DNA from: an uncultured Candidatus Bathyarchaeia archaeon
GTDB taxonomy: Archaea; Thermoproteota; Bathyarchaeia; TCS64
Reading direction: 5' to 3'
Assembly: GCA_964495055.1 (NCBI GenBank)
Contig: CAZBUI010000001.1
Location: forward strand, 1-52,683
DNA: 52,683 nucleotides
The position numbers were made by a program, and so were the translations under genes. The stretch's first letter is position 1. Every line of letters begins with the position of its first letter. This document shows, in pieces, positions 34,329 to 43,004 of the stretch. Below the pieces are notes generated by a model. It worked only from the letters and a program-made list of their open reading frames with translations. It did no database searches and was not told the DNA's origin.

Positions 34329-35363
34329 TTATTCCTTTCCAAGTTTTTTTGCTAGTTTTACGAGCTCCGGGTGTACGCATTTTCCCTTGTCCAGTATCTG
34401 TTTTCCGTCAAGCCAGATGGACACGTTCATGCATATGCCGTCTGAGTGGGAGGCAGCCGGCCTCCAAGCCATGTTGCCTATGCCGAACTCCACGGAGCCC
34501 CAAACCCTCTCGTCCTCGACGACGTCCCCCGTGAGCTTGGCGCCGGGGTTGAAGCCGGGGCAGAGGTGAGCTATCTTCAGCATGTTGGGGTCGTCGAAGC
34601 TCCTGAGCCAGGCCTCGTACTTCACGGCGTCGTTGCCGGGGCCGAAGGCCATTATGTCGCCGTTCTTGATGGTCATCTCTATGGGGTCCTTGATGAGCCC
34701 CAGCGGGGGGTTCACCGAGCCGTCGAAGACTAGTTTACCGTTCAGCGTCGTGACGTCCATGCCCCAGTAGACCTGCCCAGACATCATATGGGCCCCCGGG
34801 GTGTCGGCGTAGCCCATCGCGTAGCCTGCTCTCCTCTCCTTTGTCGCCTTGAAGGTCACGTCCATGCCTGCGGGTGACGTGATACGGAACTCTTTTGTGT
34901 CTTTGGCGAGCTCGGTCAGCTTGTCCAGGAATTTCTTCAGCGCCGGGTAGTCTACTCTGCCGATGGTCCTTACCATCATGTCGGTGTTCATGCCGACGAG
35001 GCAGTTGTACCTCAGCTTGGGGTTCTCCTTCATGGCCCTGTCGTAGACGTTGGAGTAGAATATCCACTGGTTGTTGAACTCGACCCACGCGTCCGCCCCG
35101 TTCAGTGCCCCCACCAGGGACTCCGTCGGGAACATGGGGTCCGCGGCCTTGCCGACACCGAGGGGAGCGGCGAGCCAGATGACCATGGGCTTCCCTCCGG
35201 CGGCGAAGGCGGCCCTCGCCGTCGCGTTCACCACCCTCTCATCGCTCTCCGTGTCCGCCGTGATGATCATGGTCTCCCCTTCCTTGAGTTTGAAGAGCTC
35301 GTTGACCAGAATATCCGCGGCCTTTCCTAACTCGAACTCATACCATTCGGGCATACAATCCAC
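34329..35363 (-). CDS. M29 aminopeptidase-fold / NicX-like metalloenzyme
   Basis: 344 aa, colinear with my recollection of the NicX/AmpS family: GYADTPG, IAHLCPGFNPGA and SHSDGICMNVSIWLDG. The His...His-x-Asp putative metal ligands are retained. Confidence 0.6.
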   Translation of the reverse strand: MDCMPEWYEFELGKAADILVNELFKLKEGETMIITADTESDERVVNATARAAFAAGGKPMVIWLAAPLGVGKAADPMFPTESLVGALNGADAWVEFNNQWIFYSNVYDRAMKENPKLRYNCLVGMNTDMMVRTIGRVDYPALKKFLDKLTELAKDTKEFRITSPAGMDVTFKATKERRAGYAMGYADTPGAHMMSGQVYWGMDVTTLNGKLVFDGSVNPPLGLIKDPIEMTIKNGDIMAFGPGNDAVKYEAWLRSFDDPNMLKIAHLCPGFNPGAKLTGDVVEDERVWGSVEFGIGNMAWRPAASHSDGICMNVSIWLDGKQILDKGKCVHPELVKLAKKLGKE

Positions 35364-35547
35364 CGTCTTGTGTATTCCAGATAGCTTAATAACGGTTTTC
35401 TCTAGTTAAACCCTTTCAGCTAGAAATATTATTTTAAGTATAATTTTTAAGTGAATTATGTTTTCAGAGGGTATTTCCCCATAAAACCGGGGCAGAGGTC
35501 TGTTAATTGTCGGTAATTATAAAAAAACTTGGACTCCCTAGGTATCC

Positions 35548-37596
35548 ATGGACTTTAGACTAGGCATAGACATCGGTGGGGCCTTCACCGATCTCGTCGC
35601 GTACGACGCCGCCGCCAAAGAGCTGAAGTGGGTCAAGGTCGAGAGCACGCCCAGAGAGCTCTCCAGCGGCGTCGTCGAGTGCATAAAGAGAAGCGGCATC
35701 GCCCAAGGCGAGATGGAGCAGATAATCCATGGGCAGACCGTCGCCATTAACACCATCATAGAACGGAAGGGCGTGGAAGTGGGTCTCCTCACGACCAAGG
35801 GGCATAGAGACGTCCTAGAGATACAGAGGGCGAACCGCAGAGACATGTACAACTTCAAGTACAGGAAGCCCGAATCCATCGTCCCCAGGCACCTCAGGGT
35901 CGAGGTAGACGAGCGGACCATGGCCGACGGCACGGTCCTCAAAAGGGTCAGCGGCGAGGAGGTGGAGGCGGCGGCGAAGAAGCTCGTAGACAAAGGCGTG
36001 GACGCCATCTGCGTCTCATACCTCAACAGCTACGTCAACCCCGGAAACGAACGGGAGACGGGGGAGATCATAAGAGGCAACCACGAGGTGCCCGTCGTCC
36101 TCAGCCACGAGGTCACCAGGGAGTGGAGGGAGTACGAGAGGTTCTCCACGGCCGCGCTGAACGCCTACGTCCTTCCCATCCTCGACACCTACCTCAGCAG
36201 GCTGCAGGGCACCGTCACCGGGGACCCCGGCAGGTGCATGGCCATGACCTCCGACGGCGGCATGGTGTCCTTCGACTTCGCCCGCAGGTTCCCCATATAC
36301 ACTGTCGAGTCCGGCCCCGTGGCCGGCGTCATCGGCGCGCTGGGCGTCGCCGAGGCCGTCGGGGAGAAGGATATAATCGCCCTCGACGGCGGCAGCACCA
36401 CCACCAAGGCCAGCCTCGTCGAGGACCTGAACCCCGAAGTCACCACGGAGTACTACGTGGAGAGGGACAGGTTCAGGCCCGGTTACCCCGTCATGGTCCC
36501 CGTCGTGCGCACCGTGGAGATAGGGAACGGCGGCACCAGCATAGCCTGGATCGACGAGGTCGGCAGAGTGAGAGTGGGACCCAGGGCCGTCGGCGCCTAC
36601 CCGGGGCCCGTCTGCTACGGGAAGGGGGGAGACCAGCCCACCCTCACGGACGCGTACGTCGTCACCGGGATGCTCAACCCCGAGTATCTGCTGGGCGGGG
36701 AGCTGCCCATCCACAGGGACTTGGCGGTGAAGGCGATCAACGGTATAGCTGAGAAGCTGGGCACCGGCCTCGAGGAGGCCGCCGAGGGAGTCATAAAGTT
36801 GGCCAACGAGAACGCGGCCTACGCCATTGACCTGGTCTCGGTGCAGAGGGGCTACGACCCCAGGGACTTCACGCTCATCGCGTACGGCGGCTCGGGGCCC
36901 ATGTTTGCGCCCTTCATCGCCGAGGAGCTGGAGATCGGCAAGATAGTAGTGCCCGTGATCCCGCCGGGGGTTTTCTCGGCGTGGGGGATGCTGAACACGG
37001 ACGTCCACCACAACTCGATACACACCCACATCACCCGGCTGGACGCGGCGGACGCCGTGGAGACCCTCAACCGCATCTACACGGGCCTGGAGGACGACGT
37101 CCGGGAAATGTTCCGGTCGGAGGAAGGCGAGGGACCCCTAGTGATGGAGAGGTACGCGGACATCCGGTACTACGGGCAGGAGCACACCGTCAAGGTGCCC
37201 GTGCCCAGCGGGGCGCTCAAGGCCGCGGACGTGCAGACGATCCTAGACGGCTTCCACGCTGCCCATGAGAGAGAGTACGAGTTCAAACTCCCCGGCGACC
37301 CCGCCGAGATAGTCAACTTCCACGTGGTGGGCATCAAGAGGGTCCAGAAGCTGAGCCTCGGAGAACTAACCGAGGCGCCGGGCTCCGGGGACCCGCTGCT
37401 CGCGGAGAGGAGCGTCTACATGAACGGGGGCCACGAGACGCTCCCCGTCTACGACCGGACCCTCCTAGGCGCAGGGTTCAGCCTCGAAGGCCCCGCCATC
37501 CTGGAGGACCCGACGGCCACGATAATAGTGCTCCGCGGCCAAGAGGCGTCCGTGGACAGGTTTGGCAACACCGTCATAAAGGGGGTGGCGGGATGA
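35548..37596 (+). CDS. hyuA: Hydantoinase/oxoprolinase A-type subunit (ATP-dependent, HyuA family)
   Basis: 682 aa. N-terminal LGIDIGGAFTDLV is ASKHA fold. Also TVAINTIIERKG, DGGSTTTKASLV and GGSGPMFA. Confidence 0.9.
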   Translation: MDFRLGIDIGGAFTDLVAYDAAAKELKWVKVESTPRELSSGVVECIKRSGIAQGEMEQIIHGQTVAINTIIERKGVEVGLLTTKGHRDVLEIQRANRRDMYNFKYRKPESIVPRHLRVEVDERTMADGTVLKRVSGEEVEAAAKKLVDKGVDAICVSYLNSYVNPGNERETGEIIRGNHEVPVVLSHEVTREWREYERFSTAALNAYVLPILDTYLSRLQGTVTGDPGRCMAMTSDGGMVSFDFARRFPIYTVESGPVAGVIGALGVAEAVGEKDIIALDGGSTTTKASLVEDLNPEVTTEYYVERDRFRPGYPVMVPVVRTVEIGNGGTSIAWIDEVGRVRVGPRAVGAYPGPVCYGKGGDQPTLTDAYVVTGMLNPEYLLGGELPIHRDLAVKAINGIAEKLGTGLEEAAEGVIKLANENAAYAIDLVSVQRGYDPRDFTLIAYGGSGPMFAPFIAEELEIGKIVVPVIPPGVFSAWGMLNTDVHHNSIHTHITRLDAADAVETLNRIYTGLEDDVREMFRSEEGEGPLVMERYADIRYYGQEHTVKVPVPSGALKAADVQTILDGFHAAHEREYEFKLPGDPAEIVNFHVVGIKRVQKLSLGELTEAPGSGDPLLAERSVYMNGGHETLPVYDRTLLGAGFSLEGPAILEDPTATIIVLRGQEASVDRFGNTVIKGVAG

Positions 37597-39329
37597 CGGC
37601 GAACAGCGTCTCGCCGTTCACCCTGGAGATCATAAAGAACGGGCTCATAGTGGCCTCGGAGGAGATGTTCCACTCCTGGGGGCGGACCGCCAAGAGCCCC
37701 GTCATCTACGAGGTCCTAGACTACGCGGTGGGCCTCATAGACGCAGAGGGCGAGAACCTGGTTACCCAGGCCCCCGGGATACCCGGGTTCACCGGCGTCC
37801 TGGACTTCGCCGCCGGGGAGGTGGTGGAGATGTGGGGGGACGACATCCAAGAGGGGGACGTGTTCGTCAGCAACGTGCCCTACCAGTCGGGGACCCACCT
37901 CAACGACGTCACCCTGATCATGCCGGTGTTCAACGGCGGCAGGAGGCTGGGGTTCGCCGTGGCCAAGGGCCACTGGAGCGAGGTCGGGGGGATGCACTTC
38001 GGGAGCTGGACCTCGGACTCCACCGAGATATACCAGGAGGGCATCCAGTTCCCGTGCGTGAAGCTCTACATGGGCGGCGAGCCCAACAGGAGCATGGTGG
38101 AGATGATCAGGTACAACTCCCGGCTGCCGGACTTCGTCCTGGGGGACATGTACGCCCAAGTGGCCTCAATGAAGGTCGCCGGACGGAGGGTGAACTGGCT
38201 CGTGGACAAGTACGGTGTGGACACGGTGCTCTACGCCATGGACAAGCTGCTGGAGGACGGCGAGAACTACGCCAGGCTCAAGATGAGGGACCTGCCCAAG
38301 GGGACCTTCAAGGCCGAGGACTGGATCGACGACGACGGCATAACCGACGACCCCATCCCGGTGAAGGTGGAGGTCGAGATCACAGACGACGAGTTCCGGG
38401 TGGACTTCACGGGCAGCGGCAAGCAAGCCGCCGGGTCCATAAACTCGGCTTACCCCAGCACCGTCTCCGGCGTCAGGGAGACCTACATGGCCATGATAGA
38501 CCCCTACACCCACCCCAACGGCGGGTTCTTCGCGCCCCTCAAGATCAACGCCCCCGAGGGCACCGTCTTCAACCCCATCAGGCCGGCGCCCACCAGCACG
38601 TTCTGGGAGGGCATGTCCCACGCCGCGGACATCGTCTGGAAGGCCCTCGCCGAGGCGGCGCCGGATAGGCTGGCCGCGGGCCACTTCCTGTCGATAGAGG
38701 CCACCATCCTGGGTGGCGTGGACGACAGGACCGGGGCGCCCTTCGCCATAGTGGAGCCTCAGCCGGGGGGGTGGGGCGCTGGCATCGACATGGACGGGGA
38801 GAGCGCCTTGGTGGCGTGCGGAGACGGAGAGACGTACATAGCGTCCAGCGAAGTCTACGAGCGGAGAACCCCCATATTGGTTGAGAGGTACGCGTTGAAC
38901 ACCGGGGACGGCACCGGGCACGGCGCCCACAGAGGCGGCTTCGGCGCCGTGAGGAACTACAGGCTCCTCTGTAGCGAGGCCAGCTTCACCGTCTCGGCCG
39001 GGAGGTCCAAGTATCCCTGCTGGGGCGTGGACGGAGGCATGAAAGGCACCCCGAACTACGCAGTGGTGTACAAGCAGGGCGAGGAGCCCATGAGAGTCAT
39101 GAAGGTGGCTGCCATGAAGGTGCGTAAGGGCGACATAGTGAGCCTGGTCACCGGTGGGGGCGGCGGCTGGGGAGACCCCGCGGAGAGGGACCCGGAGCTC
39201 GTGCTGAGGGACGTAGTGGACGAGTACGTGACTCCCGAGGTCGCCCGGAAGGTCTACAAGGTCGAGATAGACACCGGGAAGATGGAGGTGGACGCCGAAG
39301 CCACCAGAAAGCTCAGAGGGAGCAAATAA
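37593..39329 (+). CDS. hyuB: Hydantoinase B/oxoprolinase subunit (HyuB family)
   Basis: 578 aa. FTLEIIKNGLIVASEEM, SNVPYQSGTHLNDVTLIMPVF and GGGGGWGDPAERDPELVLRDV are present. The ATGA overlap with hyuA suggests translational coupling. Confidence 0.9.
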   Translation: MTANSVSPFTLEIIKNGLIVASEEMFHSWGRTAKSPVIYEVLDYAVGLIDAEGENLVTQAPGIPGFTGVLDFAAGEVVEMWGDDIQEGDVFVSNVPYQSGTHLNDVTLIMPVFNGGRRLGFAVAKGHWSEVGGMHFGSWTSDSTEIYQEGIQFPCVKLYMGGEPNRSMVEMIRYNSRLPDFVLGDMYAQVASMKVAGRRVNWLVDKYGVDTVLYAMDKLLEDGENYARLKMRDLPKGTFKAEDWIDDDGITDDPIPVKVEVEITDDEFRVDFTGSGKQAAGSINSAYPSTVSGVRETYMAMIDPYTHPNGGFFAPLKINAPEGTVFNPIRPAPTSTFWEGMSHAADIVWKALAEAAPDRLAAGHFLSIEATILGGVDDRTGAPFAIVEPQPGGWGAGIDMDGESALVACGDGETYIASSEVYERRTPILVERYALNTGDGTGHGAHRGGFGAVRNYRLLCSEASFTVSAGRSKYPCWGVDGGMKGTPNYAVVYKQGEEPMRVMKVAAMKVRKGDIVSLVTGGGGGWGDPAERDPELVLRDVVDEYVTPEVARKVYKVEIDTGKMEVDAEATRKLRGSK

Positions 39330-39333
39330 CCCC

Positions 39334-39340
39334 TTTTTTT
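39334..39340 (+). terminator. T7 tract 5 nt after the hyuB stop
   Basis: TAACCCCTTTTTTTATCG. Confidence 0.4.
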
Positions 39341-39371
39341 ATCGTAGGTAAACAGGTCTGCAGTAGATGCC

Positions 39372-40527
39372 ATGGAGAGACCGGGAGATAGGTTGCTGTA
39401 TTCGCTGTACCTGACTAACTTTCTGTCTTCACTCGCCTTCGGGACCGTGATCTATCTACTCCCGGTGTACGCCGAGGGGGTGGGAACATCATACTACGAC
39501 CTCGGAGGCATCGGCGGAGTCGGTAACGCCGTCTACACGGCTTCGCTGTTGACTGGTTTCATCCTCGACGTGTTCGATAGAGCCCGATTATACTCCGTGT
39601 CCTGTATCCTTGGGTTTGCCGTCATACTCTCGTTCTTACCGGCTAAGGGCGTGACAGAGATCATGCTGGTTAGGGGTCTATTGGGCAGGGTGTCCGCGGC
39701 TTTCTGGGTGACCACCAGCACCATCATCGCCGACGCGTCTCCATCAGAGGGGCTCACAAGGTCCATGGCGCGCTACAATCTCTCGTGGATGACCGCGTTC
39801 GTGGTCGGCCCATTTCTGGGAGGCATAATGTCAGAATCATGGGGGTTTCCATTCCTTTTCGTGGTGGCATCGGTAATCAACTTGGTTAGCTTCGTAATCA
39901 TATCCGCGTTTATCCGCCTCAGGTAGGAGAGGAGAAAAGAAGGCAACGATCTGAGGGTCAGTTTTCAAGCCCTTAGAAGCCTGTTCTACGTGTACGTGGC
40001 TTTGATACCCTACGCCCTCATACTCGGGATATATATGGCTATACTGCCTGGCCACATGAAGACGCTGGGGATCGCTACCGCCATGGGGGGGGCTGCTCGT
40101 CACCGTTTCAAACGGCTTCAGGGGGCTGGGCTTCCTTTTCGCTGAGAGGTTTGTTGCTTGGGGGGTGAAGAAGTCCCTATACCTTTCCTCGGCTCTCCTG
40201 TTCATGGCTCTTCTACTGGTAGCTTTTTCTCGTGGAGTGGCAGGCTTCCTTCTCCCTTTGAGCCTGTTAGGCTTCGCTGGAGGGATAATAACGCCGATCA
40301 TACTCGACTGCGCCGTTAACGGGACGCCCCCAGAGGCTCTCGGCGCTGCCCTCGGCACACATGAAGCCATCTAAGGGATCGGCATGTGCCTTGGACCCGT
40401 GGCGGGGGGAGCCCTCGCCGAGGCCACCCAGCCTACCACGCTCTACCTGACGTTGGCTATGATCTCATTGCTGATAGCGCCTGCGTCAAAGGCTATAAGG
40501 CGAAGAAAGGAGAACTCCCTCAACTGA
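39372..40527 (+). pseudogene. MFS transporter with three lesions (in-frame TAG, frameshift in a G8 run, in-frame TAA)
   Basis: Helices 1-6 are intact up to RLR-TAG (39924-39926). The same frame continues ERRKEGNDLRVSFQALRSLFYVYVALIPYALILGIYMAILPGHMKTLGIATAMGG. The frame changes in GGGGGGGG at 40085-40092 and continues LLVTVSNGFRGLGFLFAERFVAWGVKKSLYL...GTHEAI. After TAA at 40372-40374 the same frame continues GIGMCLGPVAGGALAE...RRRKENSLN and stops at TGA 40525-40527. Confidence 0.75.
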
Positions 40528-40575
40528 TTCTTATGTACAGTTATATGTAGAGTGAACAACCATTAGGAGATAGCC

Positions 40576-41640
40576 ATGAATCTGACAAAGGATCAGGAAA
40601 GCCACGCCTTGGCCCTCCACAAGGAGGCACTCGTGGTGGACTTCCACTGCGACGGCGTGCTCGCGACGCTGCCCGACTCCGCCTATATAATAGGGGACGC
40701 CAAGAAGCGAACCCTCCACGAGAAGTCGGACAACGGCCACGTGGATATCCCCCGTCTCCTGGAGGGCGGCGTGGACTGCCAGGTGTTCTCCCACTTCGTG
40801 GAGCCCATATACAACCCCATTGCCCCCCACAGGATGCTCCAGGTCCTGGGGTACAGCCTGAACGAGATCGAGAAATCGGACAAGGTGAGCCTGGTGAAGA
40901 ACTACGACGAGATACTCGCCAACGACGGGAAACGGCTCAGCTTCATGATAGGGTTCGAGGGCGGCGAGGCTCTGGGCAACGACCTGCGGCTACTGAAGGT
41001 CTACCACACGCTGGGCCTGCGGAGGCTGACGCTTACCTGGAACAACAGGAACATGCTCGCCGACGGCGTGACGTGGCAGAGGTCCAAGGGAGGCTTGACG
41101 GAGTTCGGCGCCGACGTGGTGCGGGAGTGCAACAAGCTGGGAATCCTCGTGGACGTCAGCCACATCACCGACCAGGGGCTCTGGGACACCCTTGAGGCCA
41201 GCGAGGAGCCGGTCATAGCGTCCCACTCGAACTGCAGGGCCCTGTGCAGCCACAAGAGAAACCTCACGGACGAGATGCTCAAGGCGCTGGCCGAGAAGGG
41301 CGGGGTGATGGGCGTCAACTACGTGCCCTTCTTCCTGAAGGACATAGACTTCGCCAAGCTGAGGGCCGGGGACAAGGAAGAGAAGAAGAAGGTGGAGTCC
41401 GTCACCGTGGAGACCGTCGTGGACCACATAGACCACATGGCTGAGGTCACCGGCGACACGTCCCACATAGGCCTAGGCTCGGACTTCGACGGGGTCTCCC
41501 TGATAGCGAAGGGGCTGGACGACGCCAGCAAGCTACCGAACCTCACCAAGAGCCTCGTAGCCAGAGGCTACTCGGACGAAGAGATCAAGGGCATACTTGG
41601 CGGCAACTTCCTCAGGGTCATCAAGAAGACATGTGATTAG
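40576..41640 (+). CDS. Membrane (renal-type) dipeptidase, peptidase family M19
   Basis: 354 aa with VVDFHCDG, LTLTWNNRNMLADG, GILVDVSHI, VIASHSNCRAL and GLGSDFDG, the M19 metal-ligand blocks. Confidence 0.9.
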   Translation: MNLTKDQESHALALHKEALVVDFHCDGVLATLPDSAYIIGDAKKRTLHEKSDNGHVDIPRLLEGGVDCQVFSHFVEPIYNPIAPHRMLQVLGYSLNEIEKSDKVSLVKNYDEILANDGKRLSFMIGFEGGEALGNDLRLLKVYHTLGLRRLTLTWNNRNMLADGVTWQRSKGGLTEFGADVVRECNKLGILVDVSHITDQGLWDTLEASEEPVIASHSNCRALCSHKRNLTDEMLKALAEKGGVMGVNYVPFFLKDIDFAKLRAGDKEEKKKVESVTVETVVDHIDHMAEVTGDTSHIGLGSDFDGVSLIAKGLDDASKLPNLTKSLVARGYSDEEIKGILGGNFLRVIKKTCD

Positions 41641-41739
41641 GCCTGTAGACCCCTCTTTTCTTTTCATCTATACCGTTTTACTTCTTCACACTTGGTCTTC
41701 TCTCTAATGCATAGAAGAAAAAAGGGGAGGAGTTCAGTC

Positions 41740-42582
41740 CTAGAACGCGGGGGGCGTCGGTATCTTCTTCCACTCGCGTATGAACTCGGCTACGAACTCG
41801 ACGCGCTCCTCGAACCGCTTCGCGTACTCCTCGGGGTCGGCGTCCCTTGGGCTTCCCAGCCCGTAGACGCCGTCGGCGCTGAAGTCGTCGGCGTCTGGCT
41901 GGCTGCACGCCCCCCAGACTTGGCTGACGACCTCGTAGTCGTCCCTGTCGGGGTCAAGGAACTCCCGGAGCCTGGGGTCCACGTCCAGGCTGGGCGTCCA
42001 GTCCTCCGGCACCCTGTCCATCTCCACCAGCTCAGGGAACATGTATAGGGCCGCCCCAGTCTCGTTGATGCCGCTGTGCACGTCCCACAGCCGCTTCTGC
42101 CTGTCTGCGAAGACCTTGGCCAGCTCCGTGTCTCCGGGGCCGCTCGGCGCCGCAACCATGACGCCGTACTCCCGCTTAGCCAGCTGAACCACCAGGTTCA
42201 TCACGTTCCTGTTGCCGCCGTGGCCGTTCATGATGACGAACCGCTTAACGCCGTGGTACGCGAGGCTCCCGATGGTGTCCATGAGGACCCCCATCAGGGT
42301 ATCCCAGCTGAAAGTCACCGTGCCCCTGAACCCCAGGTGGTGGGGGCTGTACCCGGGCCAGCAGGGGTGGACGGCCACGCTGTTTGTCCGCTTCGCCACC
42401 TCGTGTACGTACCGCTTAACCGCCATGGAGTCCATGCCCAGAGGCAGGTGGGGGCCGTGCTGCTCTATGGAGCCTATGCCGATGACCACGACCGGGTGCT
42501 CCTCGTGCTCAAGCCAGTCCTCGAAGGCCGGCCTCGTCAGCTCGGTGATCCAGAACCTGGTTAGCTTGCCTTTCTCGCTCAT
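41740..42582 (-). CDS. Creatininase-family amidohydrolase (creatinine amidohydrolase / ArfB / MftE fold)
   Basis: 280 aa with VVVIGIGSIEQHGPHLPLGMDS, MNGHGGN and HSGINETG. The family includes non-creatinine enzymes, so substrate is open. An A6 tract (T6 on the minus strand) at 41718-41723 follows the stop. Confidence 0.85.
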   Translation of the reverse strand: MSEKGKLTRFWITELTRPAFEDWLEHEEHPVVVIGIGSIEQHGPHLPLGMDSMAVKRYVHEVAKRTNSVAVHPCWPGYSPHHLGFRGTVTFSWDTLMGVLMDTIGSLAYHGVKRFVIMNGHGGNRNVMNLVVQLAKREYGVMVAAPSGPGDTELAKVFADRQKRLWDVHSGINETGAALYMFPELVEMDRVPEDWTPSLDVDPRLREFLDPDRDDYEVVSQVWGACSQPDADDFSADGVYGLGSPRDADPEEYAKRFEERVEFVAEFIREWKKIPTPPAF

Positions 42583-42663
42583 ATCGACCGATTGGATATC
42601 GGTTGCGGGTAGATATGAAGCCTCTTACGATTAGTTTAAACAAGCAGGGATCAACCAAAAGGC

Positions 42664-42960
42664 ATGGTGACGCCGCTCATAGCAGCGTTGGCCGCCGTGG
42701 TCATCATACTGGCGCTGATACCCCTCACCAAGAGAGCCACGACCACCAAGATGCGGACGCTTCAGGCCACGGTAATCGACAAACGCAGGGAGACCAGCGT
42801 CACATACGTGGGCCTCTTCCTGCCGTCAGTCAAATACATCCTGATAACAGACAAGGGGCTCCAAGCGGAGACAACCAAGGAGGACTACGAGGCGACCAAG
42901 ATAGGCGACAATGTGACTGTGGCAGAGTACAGCGACGGCATCTACAGGGTAGATCACTGA
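42664..42960 (+). CDS. Small N-terminally anchored hypothetical protein
   Basis: 98 aa with one N-terminal TM helix followed by a beta-rich soluble part. It lies immediately upstream of the histidine kinase gene. Confidence 0.5.
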   Translation: MVTPLIAALAAVVIILALIPLTKRATTTKMRTLQATVIDKRRETSVTYVGLFLPSVKYILITDKGLQAETTKEDYEATKIGDNVTVAEYSDGIYRVDH

Positions 42961-43004
42961 CAAATAAAACTTAATAGACCGCATTTCGGGGGCAAGCCAG
43001 CCAA

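Noticed and set aside
1465-40374. Stop-codon reassignment (pyrrolysine at TAG, or TGA/TAA recoding) as an explanation for the in-frame stops.
   Set aside because: TAG, TGA and TAA each terminate several intact genes at family-typical C-termini in this window. TAG ends genes at 2116, 4809, 5482 and 19366. TGA ends genes at 7466, 14890 and 21174. TAA ends genes at 961, 9776 and 12778. The same genes or neighbours also carry frameshifts, so decay or sequencing error is more parsimonious. A single read-through event at 1465 cannot be excluded.
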